Notes: generated from the sequence alone by a model not told the origin. DNA of 64,000 nucleotides from Schizochytrium sp. TIO01 (GCA_004764695.1 SMSO01000025.1:2852001-2916000), one strand, 5' to 3'; positions 22,696 to 34,457 are shown, numbered from the stretch's first letter. Program-made: numbers and translations.

Positions 22696-23539
22696 ATAGA
22701 TGCTCGAGCCACGGGTCGGTCCGAGGAGAAGAGAAGGCGGCGCGACGCTCAAAGAGAGGCCGCGGAAACCGGTATGTCTGTCTGACTTCTGTCTTTCTTT
22801 CTTTCTCTCTGTCTTTCTTTCTTTCAAGTTCTTTTTCAATGCTCTTTCACTAATAACAAATACTCAGTCTTTCTGAGGCTTTTCATAAACATTTTACCAT
22901 TGTCAATAAATAAACAAATAAACAAATAAACAAACAAATAAATAAAGAAAGAAACAAAGAAAGAAATAAAATATTTTAACATAAAAAGTTTTTACCCCAT
23001 TACCATTACGCTAATTAATCAGAGTAGCTCCTAATAAAAAGGTGCTACTTTGCGCTAATCCTTTTTCGTGTTTTCTCCAAGTCAAAGCAAAGCAAAGCAA
23101 AGCAAAGCAAAGAAACCAACACCTTCGCGCTACGTCGACGAAGTCAGGCGTGAGCGTGGCAAACGCGACACGCTGGACCGCCGGCCGACTGCCTGTTCAG
23201 CCGGCCGTGGCATGCCTCGCCAAGCCTCTTGTTTGTCTGCGTGAATGGGCCACCCCAGTCTGTCTGCAAGCAGGGAGGGTTACGCAGCGAATGAGCGAAA
23301 CTGTACTTCTCCCTTATTATCGACAGCATGGAAATAACCAGCTGCACAGAGACCCCCCACTTCTAGGAGTACTCCCTAATAGGCCCATAGCGTGGCACTT
23401 ACTGGTTTTTGTCTTTCTTTCCTTTGATCCAAACAAAAAGAAAGAACTTCAAAGAAAGAAAGAAAGAAAAAAGAAAATAGAAAAAAAGAGAGAGAGAAAA
23501 GAAGAATCTAATCCCATAATAGCAACTTTGACCTTCCTT

Positions 23540-23612
23540 GATATAGATAGATATTGATATATAAGATAGATAGATAGATATTGATAGATAGATAGATAGA
23601 TAGATAGACAGA
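23540..23612. repeat. (GATA)n microsatellite
   Basis: Imperfect tandem GATA run. Confidence 0.85.
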
Positions 23613-24595
23613 TAAGGGGATAAAGAGAGCGCTAAGAAAGAAGAGAAAGAAAAGAAACTGTCTCCTGGCTGGCTCGTTAGATGAATCTCATTCACATCGA
23701 TCGTACATGTCTCGATGGATGGATGGATAATCGTTGACGATGCTCGCGATCGATCCATCGGAGGAGCTTTAGGACGCCAGCAGAGCCTGCTTGCCACGGG
23801 AGGGATCTCGTGCGAGAGCACGCTCGGCTCCCGATTGAAGAGGTTCTGCGCACCGATCGACTTACTTATTTACTTGCTTATACATATATATATAATATAT
23901 ACATATTTATTTATTTATTTGTTTATTTATTTGTTTATTTATTTGTTTATTTATTTATTTGTTGTTTTTACTTTGCAATGAATGGCATTTTCTTTTTCTT
24001 TTTCATTTCATTCGAAGCAAATGGAATGGAATGGAATTGAGGTTCTTCACAGAGCCACAAAGCTCGAGCTCATTGCTTGCTTGCTTCAAGAGCGGCAGAG
24101 CTGAGTCGGCAGAAATGGCATGAGGCGGGAGAGCTGTAGGCGCCGCGGAGGTCGCCACGAGGAGCAAGCGAGCGAGGAGCGGCAGGAAGAATGGTGTGGG
24201 TTCCCGCCTCTTGGAGCTGGGGCGGAGCCGACCTTCCTTCGCAATGGGTGCCTGAATAGGATGAATAAATGGCATGGATGAGTAAATGGCATGGATGAAA
24301 GAATGAATGAGTGAGTGAGAGAGCGCACGAATCGAAAGAAGTTCTGTTGTTTTCCTGCCGATTCGCTCTCATTGGTCTGGTTCTAAAGGCACCTCTGTCT
24401 ACCACATCGAAGACGCTCGAAGCAGCAATCAAATTGCGCCAACCAAATTGTATCAAAAAACGTGCCAATCGACGATTGACGATTGATTAATTGCGATTGA
24501 TCTATCGACCGACTGATCGATCGATCTGCGAGGGAGCTCAACGCGTGCTTGGGCTTGTTTGGACTCTCCCTGGAATCGTATTGTGTACGAGACTA

Positions 24596-24730
24596 ATGCA
24601 TTCATGTATTTATACATTTATGCATTTATACATTTATGCATTTATACATTTATGCATTTATACATTTTTGCATTCATGCATTTATACATTTATGCATTTA
24701 TACATTTATACATTTATACATTTATGCATG
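24596..24730. repeat. 8-bp tandem repeat CATTTAT(A/G)
   Basis: About 16 units, largely alternating CATTTATA and CATTTATG. Confidence 0.9.
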
Positions 24731-25273
24731 AATGCTCATGCATGCGTTGAGATTGAGACTAACTCTCGAGCCTCGCCGGCTTTGTGAAGGATGTTACGAT
24801 CGTTTGCTGTAGTACGTAGCTGCGAGTGGCAATGCGCCGGAATTGGCCAAGGCAGCTTCCAAATCAGTAGAAACAGTTGCCGATGTTCTCCAGGCCTGTC
24901 GATGTTCTCCACGATGCTCTCGAGGACATGCTCGGTGCCAATCTCGCGAACCCCAAACTCCGTCAGGAGGCTAGTTAGTCAGTTCTTTCGTGCTTTGCTT
25001 GTTTTTGCTTTCCTTTCTTGCCGGCGTAAGATAATGAATGACTCTTCTCTCTTTCCAACGCTTTTCTGTGTTCTCCGCTATTATGACAACCCATCTCCTA
25101 AGTACTATCTCCTCCAAGGTTAGGAAAAGCTCTAATTATGAAATAATAAAATAAACATTAGAAAATAAAATAAAAAATTAATATAACATAATATTACAAA
25201 ATAAAATGAGTGAATAACTTTGGAGTAACCAACTTATAATTAATGAATAAAAAAGTAGATGATGAATAAATTT

Positions 25274-25300
25274 TAATTAATTAATTAATTAATTAATTAA
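25274..25300. repeat. (TAAT)n microsatellite
   Basis: Tandem TAAT/ATTA run. Confidence 0.85.
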
Positions 25301-27140
25301 TATCTTTCTCTCTGCCACGGATACAAGGATGGAAACGGACATCGAAGCACAGCAAAGGTTTCGAGGCAAGGAATAACATCAAACCGAGAGGACATTATGT
25401 AGCACGCCTAGGTTTACGGAGGCTGCCTTCGAGAGGTTTGCTTGACCACGGCATCTCCTGACGGCCCATTGCCTTCACAAAAGAACTTGCTTGCGCAACA
25501 TATCACGGAAAACTGGTTCTTTGCAAAATCTGCTGGGCTGCAGCCCTTCTTAGACTTGGGAGTCCCGCTGGACTGGGGCTATGCCCATTCTACCGGTTAC
25601 TCTACCAAGAACTGAAGCAGTCCCACGAGCCGTCTGTCGTAGAGTATCGGGTAGCGTGTCTCGGTAGAAGTGCAGAAAAGTGCTGACCTGGCACCTATTG
25701 AAGGGATAAGAATATGGCTGTTATAAATCTGCAAAACGATGAGGTTAATGATTAGTTCATGCGAGCTGGAGGGAGCGTCTGTGCAGTCGCTGTGTAAATT
25801 TGGGTATATCTTCTGGAGCGATCAAAATAGGGATACAGAACCAGTCGAGCATACGGTGCTACAGAATCAGAATTTATTGACAATTCAAGATTGTAATGTT
25901 CGCGTTGACACATTAAGACATTTGTTCTTCGTTCCTGTGGGCTGAGGAAATGCAAACTTCTGCTGTAAGTCTGCGCAACCGCACTACACTATCCTGGTGT
26001 TGAAAATAGGTGAAATCACAGCTAAGCACATGAGTTAGTGATTTCATGAAGTAGCACTAGTTACGACCTGGCAATCGTAGTAGTGACGCAGACTCTCTGC
26101 TTGGAGCTTGTCCTGGTTTAAGGTACAGGCCTTAATCGGCTGGTCGAGCATCGCGGATAAAAAGTTGGTTTCCTATAGTACAGACACTACTGTTTTCTGC
26201 TCCATATAATCGATATGATGGCATTCAACGTGGGGAGCGATGTCATGATGAAATTATCGTGCTAATAATTCTTTGTAGTATAACTCAATGAAGTTCGCTC
26301 ATGATGATATTGAGGTAATTCAGCTGGATCTACTTACAATTTAACAACATTGAGTTTCTCGTCACCCCTACTAGGCAGAAGCAACTCCTTGGCATTTCCA
26401 TCCTTTGTTGGCACATACCTAGGCACCCATAAATATGTACTACCTTTTAGTTGAAAATTGAAGAAGCTCTAAGGCACGATTTAACTTGAATCTGAACATG
26501 TAACGAGAAATACCTTACTATTGCCAGTCCAGTTTGACAACCCAGGTGAAAACTTAATTGATCCATAATATTTTGGGAATTGAGACACTGCAACGCGATG
26601 CTGGAACTTCATCAACACTTGCCCAGTAAACCAGAATGATAGCTTTTAAACAAGCGAATTATCAAGGATAGTCAGCATTTTATTTGACCTATCAGACAGG
26701 AGCGAACAATTTGTTGTCTCTGCAATGCAACCCTATTATAGCCAAAACGAAGTGCTGTTTATTTCCTACAAGAGCAAAGATACGTAGAAATAAAATCCTA
26801 GTTTAATGGTCTATTAAAAGGTTTATACAGGTAATCATGATTAATCATGGACAATAATGCGGCGGTTTTTCCGTTCTGCGACGGTCTCTGTGGATGTACT
26901 TAATCATCAGTCATTCAATCCTAATCCACTTTGACAGCGCGAGGAAGAAAAATCCTGGCGCGTGGTAGAGTGGGTTTGGAGTCTTCAGAGACTCAGAAAA
27001 CTAGAGCTTCAAGTTTTGGCCATAGTTCGCGTGGTCGATCAGGGTTCTACAGCTGGGTCTATCCAGGAATCCGAGCATCAACACCAAAACACGGGTCGGG
27101 TCCTTCACTGTAAGGAAACCTGCGCGCAGACGACAGAAAT

Positions 27141-30059
27141 ATGCGAAGCTATGGGTCAAACAAGGACAAAGGTGCAACGAAATCGGTGCGAACCTATAGC
27201 CGCAAAAACCGGGCAAATGGCGCAGGATCTAGACTTCATGCCGAGCTCGGAAACAGAAACTGGGACAACCTTGTGCGGTCCACAGCGCAACTAACGACTC
27301 CAAGTCTTGCCAAATTCAATGACAATGCCCCATGTAAGAAAGAAGAAGGCAATCCTAGAAAGGTGCTAGGGACACGAGATGTCAATGCAGGCTCAACACC
27401 AAACCCCCTGCCTACCGATAAACCAATGGTTAAAAATAAAGCTACACACACTAAGCAGACGATTCCACCTCAGACAAAACAGCATGGGGAGACCAGGCCG
27501 TATGCCACATCTCCTAAGCTTCCAGAGCTGGTTGAGACCCATTTGTCACCTCAGAAACCTAGCGTAACATTGAGAACTATGCGTGATACCAAGGTTGTAT
27601 ATGTGAAGCCCGATGACGAAGAAGATGACGAAGAGGATGTGGAAACATTGGCAAAGACTGTAGGCACCGACTTGCAAAGTAACCAGCCCGTGCAAACGCA
27701 TGATCTAGAGTCTAGTGACTTAGAACCGCCTGAGCTTTCTCATACTACAGAATCTACGCATGCGGAGAGAGACCCTTCGGTCCATACTGAAAACCATGTA
27801 AGCGGTTCGGACTTGGAGGATGATGATGACGAAGAAGAAGAAGACGAAGAAGAGGAATCTGGTTCTCAAAGGCATGTAGTGGTAGCATTAGCTAAGTTTG
27901 ATGCTAAAGGTCGTCGATTGGCACGAAAGACCATTCAGGAACTTGGTTCAGATGAATCGTTCTCAAACGACCGTGATTGCGGCACAGATGCTACCCATAT
28001 TGTTATTTTTGATCCAGCAGCAAGCATGCGCAACATGAAGGTTCTTCTCGGTCTTGCACGCGGTGCTTGGATCCTACAAGAATCATGGTTGCAGGCATCC
28101 AAAGAAGCGGGCGCTTGGGCACCAGAGGAAACGCATGAAGCGATGCTTCAATTTCCCTGTACTGCCCAAGTCCGTAAATGGCAAGCAGACGGCACCCTAC
28201 ACGCCCATTTCCTCGCTGATGTCACATGCTATGCAGATTTTGCAGATGACTCTAACCTCAAAGCCAAAGATCACTTTTCCCAGATTATAGAGTCTTTTAA
28301 CGGACGTTTGACAGATACCCTACTGGATGCAGACTTGATTGTCACTGTCAATTCAGATGAGAAAGACTCACCACAAAATGATTTGAATAATAAAGACGCA
28401 CATATGATACCACGTTGCCACAGAGATTGGCTTCTCGAGAAACTCCGTGCCGGTGAAACTATAAAAGACCTTCTCCCAGGGATGCAGGAACAGCAAATCT
28501 TGCAGTACTCACAGGCACAGGCACAGGCACAGGCACAGGAACAACAGATACAGGTATTCGCAACACCGATTCTTGAGCGAGTGTTAGGTTTTCTTGAAAA
28601 GGATGAAGTACTTTGCTGTACAATCGCTGTGAACAGGCGGTGGGCAGATGCGTCTCGAACAGCTTCAATGCGTGCTAGTGTAGCATTCGTCCGGAAGATC
28701 TGCAACCTTTTCGAAACGAAAAAGGGAGATCTATCAATGGTAGCAGAAGAAGAATTAGGTCTCTGGAAATGCTCAAAGGGTCTAGCCAAAAACTTTCCAA
28801 GAGGAAAGTTTCTTTCAGATGGTTCGTATAAATTTGTTTACAAAGTGTGGTGTGAGTCTGCTCAACGTTACGAGGCACTTAGTGTGATGGATTATAATTC
28901 TGTTTATGAAAGGTCAACTGTTTCTGTTGTAGCCCAAGAAGTAGACGTTGCTGTACAACTATCTGAGTTAGTATCAAGAGGTATTTGCGCAAACTTCATT
29001 GAGACCTACCAGGTCTTTCAAACAGCCACAGCGCCTCTGGAAGACCTCTGGGGATCTTCACAAGGTCACGACGATGCTACTGAAGATGCTAGTAGTACGG
29101 TTTCTGGTTCTGATGATGATCAAAAGATATTTCAATACATTCGAATGGAGCTGTGTACTCATGGAGACATGGAGGATCACCTGAAAACTTACCCGGGAAA
29201 GATTCTAAGTGTTGAGGCAACCCTGGGTGTATTTTTACAGATGGTGTTTTCCTTACATATTGGATACGAGAAAGTTGGTCTGCGGCACTATGATGTGAAG
29301 CTGTTAAACTTTTTCGTTACCAAGGGTAGCGAACAGCACGGCTATGCGTTTCAGCTAAAGGACGGCGCTCAGCCTCTGGGGCTCTGTGATGAACATTCTG
29401 GCCTAATTGTAAAGCTTGCTGATTATGGCACAGCGAGTACGCGCACTACAGGCCGCACAGTCCTGGATATTGACCACTTTGCCACCCAAGAAAATGCGCC
29501 CCCTGAATACTTATTTCTGGGCAACGACTCCCCACCGGAGGGATCTGATTCATTTGCTCTTGGTCTTTGTCTATTTCACCTTTTCACTGGCGATTGTCCT
29601 TATGAAGAAATCATGGAGTCTGTAAAGTGCCCCACAAGTGTGAAGCGAGCTCTCAAAGCGATCTGGACCACAGAAGAATGGTCAGTTCTCGACCATGTTA
29701 TTGCTGACGATCCCGAGGACACAATGTATCACACTTTATATAGGTTTCTTGTGCTTCTTGACTTGCCTGAGGAGGGTTCTCGTTTCGACAAATCTCAGGT
29801 TGGTGTCGCACTTCGAGGTCTCCTCAATTCAAATAAGAACACCAAGGCAGCTGTGCAGTTCCGGAGCGATCGCCAACAATTTGCCATCGGATCTGGATCA
29901 CACCCGTTAGTTTCTCGAGCGTCACAGCGGCTTGCAGAAGCACCCTATGCAATCGATGTTTTGAAAGGTCTTTTAGCCTGGGATCCAGAAGACCGTTTGC
30001 AAGATTACGCAGCTGTTCTTCGCCATCAAGCCTTTCAACAAAAGTACCATGTCAAATAG
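27141..30059 (+). CDS. Multidomain protein kinase: disordered acidic N-terminus + tandem BRCT + F-box-like motif + Ser/Thr kinase domain, 972 aa
   Basis: BRCT1 ATHIVI...RNMKVLLGLARGAWILQESWLQAS; BRCT2 QIIESFNG...ADLIV...DWLLE; F-box-like ILERVLGFL...AVNRRW; kinase LSDGSYKFVYK, alphaC Glu (AQEV), MELC..GD, HYDVKLLN, DYG, APPE, DSFALG, DPEDR. Confidence 0.9.
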   Translation: MRSYGSNKDKGATKSVRTYSRKNRANGAGSRLHAELGNRNWDNLVRSTAQLTTPSLAKFNDNAPCKKEEGNPRKVLGTRDVNAGSTPNPLPTDKPMVKNKATHTKQTIPPQTKQHGETRPYATSPKLPELVETHLSPQKPSVTLRTMRDTKVVYVKPDDEEDDEEDVETLAKTVGTDLQSNQPVQTHDLESSDLEPPELSHTTESTHAERDPSVHTENHVSGSDLEDDDDEEEEDEEEESGSQRHVVVALAKFDAKGRRLARKTIQELGSDESFSNDRDCGTDATHIVIFDPAASMRNMKVLLGLARGAWILQESWLQASKEAGAWAPEETHEAMLQFPCTAQVRKWQADGTLHAHFLADVTCYADFADDSNLKAKDHFSQIIESFNGRLTDTLLDADLIVTVNSDEKDSPQNDLNNKDAHMIPRCHRDWLLEKLRAGETIKDLLPGMQEQQILQYSQAQAQAQAQEQQIQVFATPILERVLGFLEKDEVLCCTIAVNRRWADASRTASMRASVAFVRKICNLFETKKGDLSMVAEEELGLWKCSKGLAKNFPRGKFLSDGSYKFVYKVWCESAQRYEALSVMDYNSVYERSTVSVVAQEVDVAVQLSELVSRGICANFIETYQVFQTATAPLEDLWGSSQGHDDATEDASSTVSGSDDDQKIFQYIRMELCTHGDMEDHLKTYPGKILSVEATLGVFLQMVFSLHIGYEKVGLRHYDVKLLNFFVTKGSEQHGYAFQLKDGAQPLGLCDEHSGLIVKLADYGTASTRTTGRTVLDIDHFATQENAPPEYLFLGNDSPPEGSDSFALGLCLFHLFTGDCPYEEIMESVKCPTSVKRALKAIWTTEEWSVLDHVIADDPEDTMYHTLYRFLVLLDLPEEGSRFDKSQVGVALRGLLNSNKNTKAAVQFRSDRQQFAIGSGSHPLVSRASQRLAEAPYAIDVLKGLLAWDPEDRLQDYAAVLRHQAFQQKYHVK

Positions 30060-30673
30060 AAAGACAACAATAGTTTTCTTCAGCATAGTCAGATAATCTC
30101 CCTTTTATCTTGTGGGCTATGGCCAAAGAAACATTATATACCAACTAACAAAGAACTTCCATTTGGGCGGATCTGTATGCTTTCTTACGGGCTCTGTTCC
30201 TTATTTCCAAATTCGTTGATAATTCATTTGTTGCTCTAGCTATTGCGTGCCTATGAACTATATCCATTTGGACAAATATATACTTTCAGCTGAAGAACTT
30301 CTACCTAATAATTATGATATCTTATAATGTATTGTTACAACTCATCTGGAACCAGATAAACGTTTCGAGATTAAGTTTTCTTCCGTCCGAAACTGATGTA
30401 TGGAGATGATATAGAGACAAGTAACTAGGTTCTTTTTAAAGCGTATTCAGAAGGTTAAAAAAAAGAAGAGATCGTATCGATTTAGTTTGCAATACTCAAC
30501 ATAACTAACTTAATGGCAAGCGACACTCCTTATAATCGGGTGAAGTAAAGTGGGAGGAGAAAGTATTTTGTAGGCGTGTTTTTTTGAATAAGAAAAATGA
30601 ATGTTTGTAAAAAAAAAAAATAGAACGTAGCGTAGGGAGGACATAGCAAATGTGGACGGACGGAACTATCAAT

Positions 30674-32752
30674 CTACATAGAGTGGGTTTTGCGAAGGCG
30701 GGTACCCTGGCCATTAGAATCAACGTCATCCAAGTCCTCATCAGCTTCGTCAGGAGTGTTCTGACGCTCAGGAAGATGCAAGCTGCGAAGCTTATCAGCA
30801 TACATTTCTTGGCGAGCATGAAGATACCTGGCAGAAGGCTTCCAATACTTCATGTAGCCATCCCAGTTGACATTCTTCAAACCAGCCTTGTCTGCGATAG
30901 ACTTTTTCACTCGAGCTGCAAATTGAGTAGCAGATTCGCCAGGACGGCGCACTTGAGGCTTCAAGTACCACACATCACAGATGAGGCAGAATGAGGTCAT
31001 GAGCTCGACAAGATGCATGGGGAACGACTGCTGACGAGAGTTCCAGAATGGATCCACAAAAAGCTTATTGTACCTGATTGCGACAGGGACAACGGGTACA
31101 CCAAGCTCAAAAATACCCTTCTTAAACTGGATGACGTACTCGTTGTTCACGCAAGTGCCTTCCGGGAAGACAAGAAGGGGGTTGCGATTAGGGTCAAGAG
31201 CATGCTCCTTAAGCTTCTGTGCAACCACTGCACGATCCTTAATTTCACCACGATCGAACCAGACGCACTGAAGGCATGCAAGAACTACCTCCTGCAGGAA
31301 GCGAACGATTCCTTTGTGGCGCTGGCCCACCAACGAGAAACAGCGCATTTGCTGAAGAATGATCACATCAATCATTGAGGTGTGGTTAGCAACATACACA
31401 GGGTGGCATTCACCAGGCTTGGGCTTGACGTAGGATCCATGGTAACGGATCACAGCCCCCCATGTAATGCAAAAGACACCACACATCATCATGATAAGCT
31501 TATGTTCCATGTTGGTGCGGCGGGGCCCTTTCTTGAAGACGTTCTGCACGAAGAACATACCCGAACCAAATACAATCCAGCCGACAATAAAGATCACCAT
31601 ACGGATGGGGAAAAGAATAAAGTAGCGAACCAGAACTCCAATAGCCCACATAGGCCACAGGTAGGCGTTCCAGTTCCAGGGTCGAGGTTTCTTACTTTCG
31701 AAACACTTCCAAAAATTATCATCCACGATTGAGGTGATGCCCTCCATGTACATGTCGGCAGTTGCCCCAAAGAACTCGGCGGCAAGCTTGGATTCAAGTT
31801 TTTGCGCAAGAGGAGCAGGCGAGGCAGACTCGGCAGGTTCCTCTGGTGTGGTGTCAGACCTGTACTTGCTTTGGTCCTTGGATGGTTTAACAGGGGTGCT
31901 GTATGGAGTCTCTTTTCCGTCGGCACGGTCGCTGCCAAACGACTCGTGACGCTCCTCCTCCATATCCTCATCTTGGTCGGCATTCTCGTCGCCCTCAGGA
32001 ACAGTTCCAGCCGGGGTACGTCCTCGGCGCCGACGTCTGGCAGTGAGACTTTCGTTGGCGATCACGGAGAGGCGGCCAGGAAAATTGCGACGGGCCATTT
32101 CGTCATCAATGTAGGAAAGAACAAAGTCTTGTGTAGAAGGGCTCTTCTTCATATCATAGTCACCGAAGACTGCATTTTCCATGCCTACACGGCGCGGATC
32201 AAAACCACCATTGTCGTCTTCATCGGTCTCTGCACTCATGATAGACGCAAAGGAGGACTGGGTATCACGGCGAACCTTGCCCAAGTGTACTTGATCAGCT
32301 CCTCTGGGCGTCTTTGAGATTTCAGAGTCTTCATCATCGTCGTAGGACTCGCCGTCTTCACTACCAAATCGGGAGTTTCGTTTAAATGCATCTTGGAAAG
32401 CGCCATCGCCATCATCGCCATCATCGCCATCATCGCCATCATCGCCATCATCGCCGTCCTCGTAAGTCTCGTCCTCATGTTTAATGTCGTGGCCATCTGT
32501 GCTCTCTGACGAGGTGCTTCCAGAGCTGCGGCTGGCAGATGGCAGGGTGCGGGGATCACTTGGAAGCTGGCCGCGTGGGAAAAGGTATTGGGCGGTCAGA
32601 GGTGAAATGGTATCTCCGTTTTCCTGCTCCTCAGCAAGGTCATCTGCAGAAAGGGTATCGTCCTGTTCGATTGTTGCGTCACCTACTTCGTCACGCCGTT
32701 CGTCGTGTTCACTCTTGTGCAGAGCTTGCTGTTGATCTTGATCTTCACCCAT
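30674..32752 (-). CDS. Glycerol-3-phosphate acyltransferase (GPAT3/4, plant GPAT9 type) with long acidic N-terminal extension, 692 aa
   Basis: Acyltransferase blocks VANHTSMID, FDR, FPEGTC, VVPVAIRY; family motifs SIVDDNFWKCF, PWNWN, DPFWNS and WDGYMKY. Confidence 0.94.
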   Translation of the reverse strand: MGEDQDQQQALHKSEHDERRDEVGDATIEQDDTLSADDLAEEQENGDTISPLTAQYLFPRGQLPSDPRTLPSASRSSGSTSSESTDGHDIKHEDETYEDGDDGDDGDDGDDGDDGDGAFQDAFKRNSRFGSEDGESYDDDEDSEISKTPRGADQVHLGKVRRDTQSSFASIMSAETDEDDNGGFDPRRVGMENAVFGDYDMKKSPSTQDFVLSYIDDEMARRNFPGRLSVIANESLTARRRRRGRTPAGTVPEGDENADQDEDMEEERHESFGSDRADGKETPYSTPVKPSKDQSKYRSDTTPEEPAESASPAPLAQKLESKLAAEFFGATADMYMEGITSIVDDNFWKCFESKKPRPWNWNAYLWPMWAIGVLVRYFILFPIRMVIFIVGWIVFGSGMFFVQNVFKKGPRRTNMEHKLIMMMCGVFCITWGAVIRYHGSYVKPKPGECHPVYVANHTSMIDVIILQQMRCFSLVGQRHKGIVRFLQEVVLACLQCVWFDRGEIKDRAVVAQKLKEHALDPNRNPLLVFPEGTCVNNEYVIQFKKGIFELGVPVVPVAIRYNKLFVDPFWNSRQQSFPMHLVELMTSFCLICDVWYLKPQVRRPGESATQFAARVKKSIADKAGLKNVNWDGYMKYWKPSARYLHARQEMYADKLRSLHLPERQNTPDEADEDLDDVDSNGQGTRLRKTHSM
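32401..32460. repeat. 9-bp coding repeat (CCATCATCG)n encoding (GDD)n in the GPAT N-terminus
   Basis: About five tandem 9-mers, translated as GDDGDDGDDGDDGD. Confidence 0.9.
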
Positions 32753-34457
32753 TGTACTTGAATTGTGTTGGTTGTATCAAAAAGTGACTTTAATTGCAAG
32801 AACTGCAAGCCTCTCTTAAAGATTTGTCAACTGGAGGCTTGCAACGTTGATGCACCAAATTCCGTTTCTTTTCTTCGATGTCAAAAAGTCTGAGAGATCT
32901 AGTTTTTATTGTTGTTTTTGGATGTCGAGTGACAGATACTCAGCGACTTTTCTTCTAATTTCTATTCCTGCTTTCCGCAATTTGGGATTTTTTTAAAGCT
33001 CGTTTGATGCAGAGCCCTTTTCAATTTCGCAGACCTGCGCAAGAACGAGGAAAGCTCTTTCTTGGTGATTTGCCAAGCTCGTCAGGTCACCTTCTTGCAG
33101 AGAAAACGCGATTTCCAGATTTCTCCGTCCTCTCCGGCACTTCGCACCCGCAGAGGCAGCACTGTACGCTTTTCGGCGCTCCGCACAAGGTGCACTTCGC
33201 GAGCGAGCAGCACGAGCGCCGGTGGTGGGAGGGACCCTTCCGGCCTGACGATGCCTCAGCAAGCGTCAGAATGAAAGCGGTTTGTTGCCGCCGCTCCTCC
33301 TCCCCCCTCTCTTGCTTGTCCCTTCGCAGCCGCCGCAAGTGCGCTATCCCTCGCCTCGCAAGTAGGCTATCCGCGCGCCCAAGTCAAACATTTTCCTATA
33401 ACCCACTTGCGCCTCTCCCTCAAACTAGCCTATCCACGCCCTTACTATGCGCTTTTATTCCAAAACCCGGCCGCTCGAAAGCCGGACCCGCGAGTTGCCA
33501 TGCCGCGCTAAGCAAGCCAATCTGCTTCCGCCTTAATACAAGCGATCTCAACTGTGGGCGAAAGGCGGAGGTTAAGGTGGGCAGACCCGCATCGCGGTTC
33601 GCGAAACTTTAGGTTGGCCTGCGGAGAGGCGCGTACGAAGGCTTCGAGCCGCGGCTCCCGGCGGAGAGGGGCGCCGGAGGGGCCGCGGGGAGGCCCTGCG
33701 AGGGCGCTCCCGCCGCGAGGCGTCTCTGCGGGTCCGCGCTCCTGGCCCAATCAAGAGTTGGCGGCCTCGATTCGTCGCAGGCGCAGCTTAGGGGGGTGCT
33801 TGGTCAAGAGTGACCTACCTCCCTCAGCGCCGAAGCCAACACGCGAAGGACCCAAAAGGCAAAGAAGAGAAACCAAAGATGTCGATGGAGGCCAAGAATG
33901 CCAAGAGAGCCACGCACGCCGAGGAGCCCCGGCTTCGGATTGCTCTGCTTGCTTGCTTCGGGTTGGGTTGGCTTCTCTCTTCAAGTTTTGCGGGCCTCGA
34001 AGAGTCAGTCAGTCAGTCAGAGTCAGTCTCGAGATTCATTCATTCATTCATTCGTTCATTCATTCGTTCGTTCGTTCCCATTGAAAGAAGCGAAAGGGCC
34101 AAAAAGGCGTCGAAGGATCCATCGATCCATCGATCAATCAATCCAAGAATCAAGAATCGAAGTCTTGCTCCAGCGAGATCCCGCTGCGCTGCCGGCCGCT
34201 TGGCTCTCTTCTTCCTCGCGAGCCCCGCGTCGATTGCCGCTTCTGTCTGTCTGTGTGTGTGTGTGTCTGTTTGTTTGTCTGTTTGTTTGTTTGTTTGTTT
34301 GTCTGTGTGGCGTCGATTCTTGCACCGTGGACGATGACGACGATGGGGATGGCGTCGCTGGAGCCAAGAACTGCGTCATCCGCGACTCCTAACGATTGGG
34401 GTAGCTGGGTGCTAGGCGGGCACGTGGCCAAGACCGCTGGAACGAACTGCATCAGTG

